NCBI GenBank assembly: GCA_028826165.1
Contig: JAPDFW010000003.1
Span: 1-64,000 of the forward strand
Origin: Anaeramoeba ignava BMAN
Lineage: Eukaryota > Protista > Anaeramoebae
Length of the DNA: 64,000 nt
Direction of reading: 5' to 3'
In this document: positions 21,966-33,800 of the stretch, piece after piece
Layout of the letters: each line of letters begins with the position of its first letter
Numbering within the stretch: position 1 is the first letter of the stretch
Translations under genes and position numbers: made by a program
The notes under the pieces: model-generated
Seen by the model: the letters and a program-made list of their open reading frames with translations, nothing else
What the model was told of the DNA's origin: nothing
The model's database searches: none

Positions 21966-23042
21966 ATGAAACTCCATTTCGTTTTCTTTTTAATTTTCTT
22001 TTTAAAATTCACTTTCCAATGCTCATTTATTACACATTTCTACATAACAGAACATTCAATTTCTGATGCTCAAAATACACTTGATCCAAAATTCTACACA
22101 CTTTTAACAAACAATTTAATAACTTCACAAGTTGGATCGATGTCACCTGATTGGGGTTACCTAGGAGATGATTACCATCACGATTTAGCTGAAATTATGC
22201 ACGGTTCAGAATATTTATACGCATCATTTGATTATTTAAAAGAAAAATATCCAAATATTAACGATGAAGAATCACAAAAGCATTGGGCGTTCTTTGTTGG
22301 AATAGGTTGTCATCAAGTGGCAGACATTTATTGGCATGGACTCAACGGAGATCCACTTGGTTTCATGAAGGAAGCCAACCGAAAAGACATCGATAGACTC
22401 AATATCAGTTGGATTACTGATGTTATTATTGAACCTGCTGTCGACATGTTTATTGTTGATAAATACCATCCCCAAATCAGCTTCAAATGGTGGATCCCCG
22501 CCCAGGATGTTTGTGATGTTTACTCCGTTCTTGGCGCCACTGTTGAACCAGATGATTTTATTCTCGGAATCGATGTTTTGAAGGTTTTGATGATTTTGAT
22601 GAAAACTTTGAATTGGGCTGGAACTGAATTAGGCAAAGTTATTTTGGAATGGAGCTATGCAAACTATATGACTTGGCCACATGGAGGTGTCCAAAATTGT
22701 ATTGATATGTCTGTTCCTTATTACACTGATGCTTGGCTTTATTTGAATGATAACAAATTATTCCCCCAAAATTTTTCACCTTATTTTTCACCTTTTTTTG
22801 ACAACTTTTTTTCTTTTAATGATATTACTGATAATTTCTTCCAAAATCTTATTCCTGCTGCTAGAGAACTTATTGATTCTGGTATTATCACCATTTCTCA
22901 CACTCAAAATGATGATGGTTCTGTTACTTCTGAAAATCCTCATATTGCTGATTTCTCAAAATTCCTTGGTTTGATTCAACGTTATTTTGGAATTAATACT
23001 TTGGAACATCTTTCTTATCAATTTCTTAATGAATTTCTTTAA
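21966..23042 (+). CDS. GPI-PLD catalytic-domain-like protein, copy 3 (more diverged)
   Basis: Retains TH, PDWGY, HQVADIYWH; C-terminus nearly identical to copies 1 and 2. Confidence 0.8.
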   Translation: MKLHFVFFLIFFLKFTFQCSFITHFYITEHSISDAQNTLDPKFYTLLTNNLITSQVGSMSPDWGYLGDDYHHDLAEIMHGSEYLYASFDYLKEKYPNINDEESQKHWAFFVGIGCHQVADIYWHGLNGDPLGFMKEANRKDIDRLNISWITDVIIEPAVDMFIVDKYHPQISFKWWIPAQDVCDVYSVLGATVEPDDFILGIDVLKVLMILMKTLNWAGTELGKVILEWSYANYMTWPHGGVQNCIDMSVPYYTDAWLYLNDNKLFPQNFSPYFSPFFDNFFSFNDITDNFFQNLIPAARELIDSGIITISHTQNDDGSVTSENPHIADFSKFLGLIQRYFGINTLEHLSYQFLNEFL

Positions 23043-23176
23043 TTTCAAATTTTGATTTTTCTTCAAAAAACACAAATTTTTTTTAATTTGATCTTTTTTT
23101 TTTAATTTCAAATGAAAGAAAGAAAGAAAGAAAGAAAAGAAAAAAATATTTGTTTAATTTTTCCAAATATCTTTCT

Positions 23177-24238
23177 TCAAAATAATCGAAGAGTCCCTTT
23201 CTTTTTGTTGCTTGTAATTGTTAAATCGGATACACAATAACGCCAAGAAGTTTCCGAATCAACAATAACAAGATCATTTTCAGAATCAAGAAATTTAAAA
23301 CTAGTTATATTTCCAAATTTGCTATTTAATACTTCAGAAATTTGAGGAAATTTATAATCTGAAGGAATTTGAATTAAACGATACGGAACATTTTTAGCTG
23401 TTGCAATTTTGAACAATAATTTCTAATAATAATAATAATAGCATTAATAATAAAAATATTAATCAAAATATTAACAATATTTTTTTATTATTAATATTTT
23501 TACTTTTTCTCTTTCTCTTTCTTTTTCTTTTTCTTTTTCTTTTTCTTTTTCTTTTTCTTCATTATTATCATTCTTGGATTTACTTTCTGTTATAAATTTA
23601 TTGCTCTTGTATAATCTAAAACTTAGTGGTGGATCATCTTTTTCTTTATTTTCCTCTTTATCTCTGAAATCAATTAAATGACAAAAATATTCATTCAATA
23701 CAAGATCATAAATAGTTGAATCTTCTATAAAAATTTCATCACCACTTTCATCAACATAAGCCGCATAATCAAACGAGCTTAACTTCTTGGTTAGAAGCTC
23801 TATCACTTCGCTAAAGGGTGATCCTGTCGAAACCTCAATGATCTGCGACTTATTTTTTTTTGTGCATTCAATTTGAATCTTTTTGATTTTGATTTAAAAT
23901 TCAATTTTTTTAATTTTTTTAATTTTTTAATTTTTTTCAATCCTTTGCTAATAAATAAATTAAAAGTAAATTCTCCCTAGAAAATCTTTCAGATAAAGAT
24001 TTCAGGAACAAAATTCAATTTGTTTTTGGCTTTGAAATATATATACAATATCTTCATTAGAAAAAGGAACTTCACCAAGAAGATGCTTGTATTTTTGTAT
24101 TTTTTTTTGTATTTCCTTAAGCTCTTTTTCAGCTTGGATCTGTTTAGATAATTCTGTTTGAAATTGTTCTTTCAATTCTGAAAGTTGTTTTTGTAATTGG
24201 ATAACTTCATCATTATCTTCTTGTTGTTGTTGAGCCAT
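23177..24238 (-). CDS. Coiled coil plus two PB1-like domains (exons 24238-24047, 23878-23504, 23422-23177)
   Basis: OPCA-like motifs YVDESGDEIFIED and FLDSENDLVIVDSE; two phase-0 GT-AG introns (168 and 81 nt) join three ORFs in frame. Confidence 0.65.
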
Positions 24239-24311
24239 TTAAATAATCAAAAGCAAAAAAAAAATGAAAGTAATTTTTTTTCATTTTTTTCATTTTCATT
24301 TTTTTCTTTAA

Positions 24312-25136
24312 ATGAATTTTTTTATTTTCCTTTTTTTAGTTCTGATTTTAATCATTTTAATAATTGCAAATTTCCAAAAAAATGATAAAAGAAAAAGAAA
24401 AAGAAAAAGAAAAAAACAAAATATTTTAATTCAACATTTACTCAATTTAATAAATTTTCTTTTAGAACAATTTATTATTCTTATCAAAAAAATTATTTTA
24501 TCATCAACTCAAAAAAAGAACAAAAATAATAATAATATTAATAATAATAATATTAATAATAATATTAATATTAATAATAATAATAATAATATTAATAATA
24601 ATAATAATAATATTAATATTAATAAAGAATCTTTTCAAAATCAACTTTCCAAAATTATTCAAAATGATTTTACTGAAACTCAATATTACTCTCAATTATA
24701 TTCAATTATTTTTGGAACTTGTCAAAAATACAATCAAAAAAAATCATATGAATTTGCAACTTCAATTCGAAAATTACCAGTAAAAAAGAATTACAAAGAA
24801 AAACAAAAAATACGAAGGATTGAATCAATATTTTTTTTGGAAGCATATAACCCTTGGAAACAAATTCACACAATAAAAAAGATTGATTTACATGAACAAA
24901 AAGCAGCAATGGCAATGCAAATTCTTGTTTTTTTCATTGAGAAATTTGCACAATATTTATCCAAATACCAAATAGTTGTTGGTCAAGGAAATCATTCTCA
25001 AGATGGTGTTCCAATCTTGAAAAAATTAGTGATTGATTATCTTGAAGAAAATAAAATTTCTTATGTTTTATTAAATCCTGGTTTATTGGAGATTCAAAAT
25101 AAAAAAATAGAGAAAATGGAAAAAGTGTTTAATTAA
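24312..25136 (+). CDS. Smr-domain protein with N-terminal membrane anchor
   Basis: IDLHEQ..IVVGQGNHS..LKKLVIDYL..NPGLL Smr signature; hydrophobic N-terminus followed by KRKRKRKRKK; poly-N tract. Confidence 0.75.
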   Translation: MNFFIFLFLVLILIILIIANFQKNDKRKRKRKRKKQNILIQHLLNLINFLLEQFIILIKKIILSSTQKKNKNNNNINNNNINNNININNNNNNINNNNNNININKESFQNQLSKIIQNDFTETQYYSQLYSIIFGTCQKYNQKKSYEFATSIRKLPVKKNYKEKQKIRRIESIFFLEAYNPWKQIHTIKKIDLHEQKAAMAMQILVFFIEKFAQYLSKYQIVVGQGNHSQDGVPILKKLVIDYLEENKISYVLLNPGLLEIQNKKIEKMEKVFN

Positions 25137-25266
25137 AAATATTTGGATTATTTTAACAGATCAAGAATATTTCAACAAAACAAAAAACAACAAAAATAGA
25201 AACAAATACAATTCAAATTCAAATTCAAATTCAAATCCAAAATCAAATTATAAAATTTTTCTTTTT

Positions 25267-25302
<36 letters not shown>

Positions 25303-27932
25303 TCATTTTTCATCAATAAATCTTAAAAATTCTTGCGCTTCATCAAAAGAAGTAAAGGATAGAAAATTCGCAGTTGGATCTGTTCTTTGTTGAATTCGAA
25401 TAATGTTTTTTATTTTTGGATGAATAAAGGTTCTTAAGTTTGTTCTTAGAAATGAAAAATTCAATTCATTATCACTTGAAATCAAATCAAGAGTATCTGG
25501 TTTTAAAAGAAGAATTCCAGAGTTTTTTTTCGAATAATCACGATCCAAAATATTAACATCAAATTTTTGGATCACTTCTTCCTTATCGTTTACCAATTTG
25601 GTTTCATTTTTTTTGTCGAGTTTTAATTGCTTTTTTGCTTTCTTTTGGTTCTTTTTTAATTCTTTTAAACATAATTTTTGCATTTCTTTGGATTTGAATT
25701 GAAATATAATTATATTTTGTTGGATTTTCATTTGGATTGATCTTTTCTCTTTGGAATGATTGGAAATCTTTTCTATTTGAAGAATATTAATTGATATATC
25801 TTCTTTCTCTTGATTTTGGAATTGGATCATTTTCCTTTCCACAATTAATTGGGTTTCCCATTCCAAAAGGGAAGGTTTGTATTGTTTAATTTTCACATCG
25901 AAAATTAGGTTTTTGTTGTTGATTCTTGAAGCTGTGTTTGTGCTTTTATTTTCGATAATTTTCTTGCTTGGTGATTTTTGATTTTCTTGTTTGAAATTAT
26001 TGATCAAATCCAAAAAATTTTCAATTTGAGAATAAGACAATAGAGAAAGCAAAATATAAATTTTCTTTTGCTGAGTTTTGTCTGTAACTTCAATAATATT
26101 TTGGTTTTGTTCGTTTCTTTTTGCTCCAATATTATCTCTTTTTAGGATTGTTTGATGGAAACCAGACAAAAAAAAGACATAAAGTTCAGTAACTGTTATC
26201 CCAAGAGGCATAACAACCTTGTAATCTCTTGTGACCAAATTTGCTGAACAAGTATAAATCATTGCTCCATAATTTGGAATTGAGTCCAAATCAATAATGC
26301 TTTTGGATTTTTCTTGTTTTCTCATTTCTGTTTCATTTTGCATTTCCAATTCTTCAAAATTCCCAAAATTTTCATCCACTTTTCTTGGATCATATCCATC
26401 TTCACAAAATGCCTCCTCAACTTCATTTTCAGGAACTTCGCTTTCAGACATAAGTTCATTTGTTTCCTTGTGAACTTTGATATTTGCCTCCAAATCAAAA
26501 GTAGAGATACTTTCCCTTTTTGTTTGATATATTTTTTCTGCAAAAGAAATGTATTTTTCTTTTTTCTCTTTCATTTTCTGTCTGAAATATGGATTAAATG
26601 ATCGATTTTTCATGTATTGATAAAGATAAATGAACTTCTTTGTTATCTTCGGTTTATTCAATGAAATGATAAAATTGTATGATTTCATTGATATCTGGAC
26701 TAGATATTGTGTGCGAAGATCATAAAACAAAGTAACTTTTTTATATCTTGAGCGAAAAATTGTTTTTTTAAAAATCACATCAAATTCCAATAAATCACAA
26801 ATTATAATTCCTTCTTTGACTTTTGATTTTGAATCTTTTTTCAAGATTATTTTGGTTCGAAAAAAGATTGGTTTTTGCAAGAGATCTTTTTGTTTTTATA
26901 TTATATTATATTATATCCAAAATTTAATAATTTAATAATTTAATTTATAAAATTATTAAATGAATACCATTAGATTTTTCAGAAAAAATATTCATATTTA
27001 ATTTTAATTCTTCATTTCCATCCATTTGTTCTTCTAAACCATCTTTTTCACTCTGGAAATTATCTGAAGTAAGACATTCACTGTCTGTTTGTTTTTCGCT
27101 TAGGAATTTTTGTTCTGAATCTTCGTTTCCACTTTCTGAATTATATTCCTTTTCAACTTCAAAAAAATATTCATTATCAGAATCATCTGAATCTTCTGAA
27201 ATGAAATCCATTTCATTTTCATTTTCATTTTCATTTTCATTTTCATTTTCATTTTCACTTTTGTAAATTTCCATCTCATAATTAATTGTTTGAAGAAATA
27301 AATTTTTTTGATATTCATTTGCAAAAGAAACTAAAAAATGTTCATCTTCTTTCAATAAAATATCCAAAATATTTGGATCTGAAAAAGAATTAATAAAACC
27401 AATTTGTGAATTAAGTGGAAAAGTTATATTTGTTAAACCATTCTTGATTAATAAGTTTTGATTTATTTTTTGAATTTCCAATTCTCCAAAATTTATAACT
27501 TGGAAAGATTCATTTAAAAATCTAATTAAAAATTGAGATTTTTCTTTTTGAAATATTTCTTGTTTTTTTTTCTCAAGTTCAAATTTTAAATTTTCAATAA
27601 TAATATAAAGGTTTTTCTTTGCATTTTGTTCAATTATCTTTTCATTAACTCCTTCATTTTTACAGAAATGGAAAAATATTTTGAGATTTTTTGTAATTGA
27701 ATTTCTTTTTAATTTTTTTTTTTTAATAAACCAAATAAAAATTAAATCAAAAAAATTAAATTAATTTGTTTTACTTTTCAATTTCTTTTTCATTTATTTT
27801 TTCATTTCTGAATTGATTTATAAGTTTAACAAGAGAAATAGATAAATTTTTTTGATTTAATTTTTCAAATTTTAGATCAATTTTATTAAGTTCTTTTAAT
27901 AATTGAGTAATTTCTTGTTTTTTTGTTAACAT
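25303..27932 (-). CDS. Uncharacterised multi-exon protein with probable PH-like domains; 5' end uncertain
   Basis: ORFs 26945-27481 and 25303-26880 are joined by intron 26886-26967 (GT..AAG, phase 1). Upstream coding-like sequence runs to ATG ~27932 but needs a further intron or frameshift. Confidence 0.5.
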
Positions 27933-28034
27933 GAAGGAAAAAAAGAAAAAAAGAAAAAAAATGAATAAAATTTTTTTCGATTTAAAAACAACAAAAACAA
28001 AAACAAAAACAACAACAAAAACAAAAATAAAATA

Positions 28035-28384
28035 ATTTTAATTTAAATAATTTAAATAATTTTAATAATTTGAATAATTTTAATAATTTGAATAATTTTA
28101 ATAATTTAATTCAATTTAATTTAAATAATTTTAATTTAAATAATTTAAATAATTTTAAATAATTTAAATAATTTTAATAATTTTAATAATTTTAATAATT
28201 TTATTTTGAAATAATTTTAATAATTTTAATAAAATAAATTTAATTTGAATAATTTAAATAATTTAAATAATTTTAATAATTTTAATAATTTAAATAATTT
28301 TAATAATTTTAATTTAAATAATTTAAATAATTTTAATAATTTTAATAATTTGAATAATTTTATTTTGAAATAATTTTAATAAAT
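28035..28384. repeat. (AATAATTTT/AATAATTTA)n degenerate 9-mer array
   Basis: Directly visible tandem units downstream of the CWC24 stop. Confidence 0.8.
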
Positions 28385-29230
28385 TCATTTTTCTCCATAA
28401 GCAACTTTAATTTCAGGAGCTGGATGAAAAATTCCATGAGTAGGCTTTTGACAAATAGCACATTTATCAGTTTTTTTATATCTTTTAATTGCACAAGCTT
28501 CACAAAAATAATGACCACATAAAGTTTTAACAGGATTAACAAAAGGTTTGCGACAAATATGGCAACCAAAAGGGAGATTTTGAGAAGATTTTTTTTCATC
28601 TTTTTGATTCAAAAGTGAATCTTCATCATCACTATCAAAACCCTCTTGCATTTCCTTCAAAGCAGCCTTCATTTTCTTCTCTTGCTGCTCTTTTTCCCAC
28701 TCTTTTTCTAATACATATGATTGTTTGAAGTTTTCTCTCATATGTAAAAATTTGCAAGAATCTCCAAACCCACAATATCCTGTTTCATACCAATCCTTAC
28801 AAATATCTGGTTGAAAATCAACTATTGTTGATACTTTAATATGTTGTGAAAGAGTGGGTCCTGAAAATTTATTTAAGTTGCTTGATTTTTTAGTTATTTT
28901 TTTAATGATATATTTTTTTTCTTTTCCAGAAGCATTTTTTTCATTTTTTAAACTTTCTTCATTTTTTAAACTTTCTTCATTTCCTCCATTTCCTTCAATT
29001 TTATCCATATTAAGTTTTACTTGTGCTTCTTCAACTTCTTTTTTTTCTTTTTTTTCTTCAACTGAATGTAATGGATTTTCAAGTGAAATTAATTTTTCTT
29101 TTTGTTTTTGTTCATTTTTTGTTTTTTTAATTGCATCATTTGTTTTAATTTCATTTAAAAAATCTGAATCGTCAATAGTTTTCTTTCTAGTCATTCTATT
29201 TCTTCTTGTTGATTTTCTAAAAGATGTCAT
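28385..29230 (-). CDS. CWC24: Pre-mRNA splicing factor Cwc24/RNF113 (CCCH zinc finger plus RING)
   Basis: DFQPDICKDWYETGYCGFGDSCKFLHMRE and LPFGCHICRKPFVNPVKTLCGHYFCEACA..CAICQKPTHGIF. Confidence 0.95.
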   Translation of the reverse strand: MTSFRKSTRRNRMTRKKTIDDSDFLNEIKTNDAIKKTKNEQKQKEKLISLENPLHSVEEKKEKKEVEEAQVKLNMDKIEGNGGNEESLKNEESLKNEKNASGKEKKYIIKKITKKSSNLNKFSGPTLSQHIKVSTIVDFQPDICKDWYETGYCGFGDSCKFLHMRENFKQSYVLEKEWEKEQQEKKMKAALKEMQEGFDSDDEDSLLNQKDEKKSSQNLPFGCHICRKPFVNPVKTLCGHYFCEACAIKRYKKTDKCAICQKPTHGIFHPAPEIKVAYGEK

Positions 29231-29432
29231 TGTTTATTTTATTATTTAAAAAAAAAGAAAAGAAAGGAAAAAAATGAAAAAAAGTTTTTCCGAATTTAAA
29301 TTTTTTTTTTCTCCTTTTTTAATTTTTTAATTTTTTAATTTAATTTTTAACGAAATTTTCTTTTTTCATTTTTTTTCTTTTAAATTAAAAATTAAAAATT
29401 AAAAATTAAAAATTAAAAATTAAAAATTAAAA

Positions 29433-30575
29433 ATGGATTTAAATGTATTTTATAATTTAAAAACTTTAAAAATTCAAAGTTATTCTTATTCTGTTTGTTT
29501 TTTTGTTTTTTAGAATTCAAATGAAATAATTTTTTATTTTTTTGGTTTATTTTCTTGTAATTCAATTCAAAATGATAAGGATTTAATTAATATTTTTATC
29601 AAAAAAGAAGATTTTAAATTAGTGAAAAAAATTTCCAAAATTTTTGATTCAAATCAAAATATAAATTTGGATCTAAATTCAAATTCAAATTCAAATTCAA
29701 ATTGGATTACAATTAATTTACCTAAATCAATGGTTCATTCACTTTTAATCAAAACAGGATTTAAAGAAAACGAAGAATTCATTTCAAACAAAGAAATCAA
29801 AATAGATCATCTCCCAGATAACACAAAAGAGGAATTAAAACTCGCATTTTTTAGAGCCATTTTTGATAATTATGGAACAATTGAAAAAACACTTAAAAAT
29901 TCACCAATTTGTGTTTTATTTCTGAACCAAAATATAAATATTTCTCATCTTCCATCCGTTCCTTTTGAAAAGACGCCAAGAGGAATTGAATGGGAAGGTG
30001 TTAGTGCTTTTGATTTACTTTCTTGCCTTTATAAAAACCCCAAAATATACAGCAAACATAACTATAAAAAATATGTGGAACTTTCAAATCACAATTTCCA
30101 ATTCTTGAATTCAAATCAACCAAAACAACTCGAATTCCATTTCACAAAAGCATTAGAAGAAGCAATAGAACCACAAAAGCAAAACGGTTCAGATGCTGGA
30201 TTTGATCTTTGGATTGTTAAGAAAATCAAAGAGCAAAACAATGTCCACTATTTTGATACTGGAATTATTGTTGAACCTCCTTTTGGATTCTATTTCGATA
30301 TGGTTGCAAGAAGCTCCATATCAAAAACTGGTTATATTCTTGCTAATAGTGTTGGAATCATCGATTCTGGTTATCGAGGTCATGTTATTGTTGCCTTGAT
30401 AAAACTTGATCCAAAATTCCCAGAAATTCAACTTCCTGCAAGAATTGTTCAACTCATTCCAAGATTATTCTGGCATATGAATTGTATTGAATCTAAAGAT
30501 TTGAGTCAGACTACTAGAAATGTTGGTGGTTTTGGAAGTACTCATGATTCTAACGAAAATTCAATTAAAAAATAG
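29433..30575 (+). CDS. dut: Trimeric dUTPase fused to an N-terminal degenerate LAGLIDADG-like domain (exons 29433-29444, 29514-30575)
   Basis: All five dUTPase motifs are present (AGFDL, ARSS, GIIDSGYRG, RIVQL, RNVGGFGST). The N-terminal half has FYFFGLFSCNS and LAFFRAIFDNYGTI helices. 69-nt GT..TAG intron after MDLN. Confidence 0.85.
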
Positions 30576-30828
30576 AAATTAAACAAAAAAAATAAGTTTA
30601 TTTTTGTTTTTGTTCCAGAAAATCAAATTAAATCAAAATCATTTTTTAAGTAATGGAATTAATTGATCTATTTTCAGTTTCAAATTATTATATTTTGGAA
30701 ATTTTTTCTTTGCTTTTTTAAAATGAAAAAAATGAAAAAAATGAAATTTTGTTTTTTGATCTTTTTTGAAGAATTGAAATTAAAATTGGAATTGAAATTA
30801 AAAATGAAAAATGAAATTAAAAATGAAA

Positions 30829-33800
30829 TTAAAATAATTGTTTTGCTTTTTGTTTTAATTCATCAGCTTTCATTGTTTTGCAATTCTTTCCAATCCAAGT
30901 TGTCGCTTTTTTAGCAATTAATTTCCATTCAATAGATTTATCATTAAAAAAGATTTCAAAATAAGTAAGTGCAATAGCTGTTGCCCAAATAATTTCAGAA
31001 ATATCTTTTGGAATATTATCAGTAATCTTCTTTTTATCAATTCCCATTAAAGAAATAAAAGAACTTGAAAGAGGAAATGAACCATCTGCATTTTGAAGAT
31101 CAATTACTTTATAAAGATTTCCAGAAGGTTGAGTTGGTTTTGGAGGTTCTTTTGGTTTCATATCAAAATGTGAAACAAAAGCATCATCTTCCATTTCCAT
31201 TTCCATAAGACTTTCTTCTTTTAATTGAGGACTAAATGCTTCTTTTTTTGACATTTCAAAATCCATTGAAAGTAAATTAAGAGAAGGTTGAAGTTGTTGT
31301 TGTTGTTGTTGTTGTGCTTGTTGTGGTTTTTGTATAGATTCAAATGCTAATAAATCACTGAATTGATCTTTTTCTTTTTCTACTTTTTTTTTTTCTGAAC
31401 GTCTTGATAAAGATCTTGATTTAACAGATTTATCCATTGATTTTTTTGGAGAAGAATCTTTTTTCTTCTTCATTTTCAGTGAATCTTTACTAAATGCATT
31501 AATTGAAGATAATAAACTATCTCTTTGAGGAGGTTCATAAGATTTTTGAGGAAGTACTGCTGTTGATTTTGGTTGAGGAGGAGGAATCATTGGAGGAGGA
31601 CCACCACCACCACCACCCATTGGTGGAGGAGGAGGACCCATTAGAGAAAAACTATCACCCATTGGAGGAGGTATTGTGGGAATTGATGTTGGAGGAGGTG
31701 GTGGTGGTCCACTTCTTTGTTGGCTGTATACCATAGGTCTTGGTGGTGGTTTAGATATTCCTCTTCCTCTTCCTCCTCCATATCCAGTTGGTGGAGGACT
31801 TTTATTAAATCCTCCTCCAAAGAAGTTTCCTCCTAATGATGGCATTGGTTTAGATGGTGGTTGTGCTCCAAAACTAAGTGATTGTTGTGCCATTGATGTT
31901 GATGTTGTTGAAAATTGTGATTGAAATACTGGTTGTGTTTGTTGAACTGATATTTTACGAGTAATCATTTCTCCTAAATCTTGTTCATTTGAATCTTGTT
32001 CTAAATCTTTAACAACTGAAATAAAACTTGTTTTACTTGACATAACTCCTGCTTTGGTTGATAATTCAATTATTTTCTTATCAATATCTTTTTCTGTTTT
32101 TCCTGTTATTACTTTTCCATTTTCATCATGAAATTGACTTATTTTATTTTCTAAATCTTTAATCATTTTTCTTGCTGCTAAACAATGAATTGATTTTCCT
32201 TCAATTCCATCTTCTTTAGGATTTAATTTCATTTTCCATTCTACTTTTTTTTCTGATGATATTCCTCTTAATGTTGCTTCAACTTCTTCTCCATTTTTTA
32301 ATAATGCATATACAAGAAGTCTTGTTTCAGCAAATATTGATGGTAATCGATATGGAACAACAATATCGGGTTTAGTTCCTTTCCATTCAATTTTAACATT
32401 GGTTATTGCTGGTTGTAATGCTCTATTAAGTTGTCTCATAACTGATGGTCGAATATCTTCATTATTTACAATAAATTCTGCTTTTCCTCCTCCTGCTTCT
32501 GCTATTCCACTAACTAATGCTCTTGATGCTGATGCTCCAACTCCAAATGTAAATACTCTTGTTGTTGATGATTGGAATCTAACTAAATTAATAATTTCAT
32601 CTGTATTATATACTTCTCCATCAGTTAATAAAAATACTTGTCTTGCATATCCTGTTTTGGGTTCTTTGGAAAATATATATTTTAGTGGTCCAAGTAATGA
32701 TGTTCCTCCAAGGTTAGCTCTTAATTTATTTCCATGTTCTTTAGCTTTTTCTAATGATTTTTGTGAATAAGTTTCACTTTCTGGAAATAATGTTTCATAT
32801 CTTGATCCAAATCCAATTATATTAAAAACACAAGTTTCAGGAATTGCATGTAAAAATATTTTTAAAGTTTCAGCAACTGATCTTATTGGTGAACCACTCA
32901 TACTTCCACTTCTATCAATCAAAAATATTAATTCAGTTCTTACATCTTTTTCTGAAAGATCTGGATAAAATGATAATAAAGCTGCATATTCTTTTTCTTC
33001 TTCATTTTTGGTTTTTTCATATTGGATAATTGCTCTTGGTTGATGAGGTTCTGAAACTTCAATTAAAACTTCAAAATCTTTTGAAAATGATTCTTTTGGA
33101 TCTGAAAGTAATGTAACAGTTGCAAATTTCTTATTAATTTGAGATGAAATTTCATGAGATTGAGATTTAATGTTTGTAATTTCACTTGCCATTGTAACAT
33201 TAAGATTTAAAGATAAACCAAATGTAACTTTTGGAGTATAATTTGTTTCAAGAAGGGGAGTAACATCATTAATTTCCATTTCATTAGGAACAAAAGGAGG
33301 TGTTATTGTTGTTGGTAAAAAGAATCTTAATTCTTTATCTTCTGTTGCAATTAATTCTGTAACATATCTTATTGTAACAATACATTGTTTTTCAGGAGGA
33401 ATATTTCCAACACTCATATTAAATACTCCTTCAATTTCTTGTTCCATTTTGATTCTATTTTTATTTTTAAATTAAATATAAATTAAATATAAATAAAATA
33501 TTAATAAAAAATAAATTAAATATTAATAAAATATAAATTAAATATAAACAAAATATTAATTAAATATTAATAAAATATAAATTAAATATTAATAAAATAT
33601 TAATTAAATACAAATTAAATATAAATTAAATATAAATTAAATATAAATTAAATATAAATTAAATATTAATTAAATATAAATAAAATATTAATAAAATATA
33701 AATTAAATATAAATTAAATATTAATAAAATATAAATTAAATATAAATTAAATATAAATAAAATATAAATTAAATATTAATAATAAAATTAAATATAAATT

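Noticed and set aside
29514-30130. Intein or mobile group I intron ORF
   Set aside because: No N-terminal C/S splicing block or C-terminal HN-C/S/T, the domain is terminal rather than inserted, and no RNA core was recognised. No intein was seen in MTR4 or the vWA genes either.
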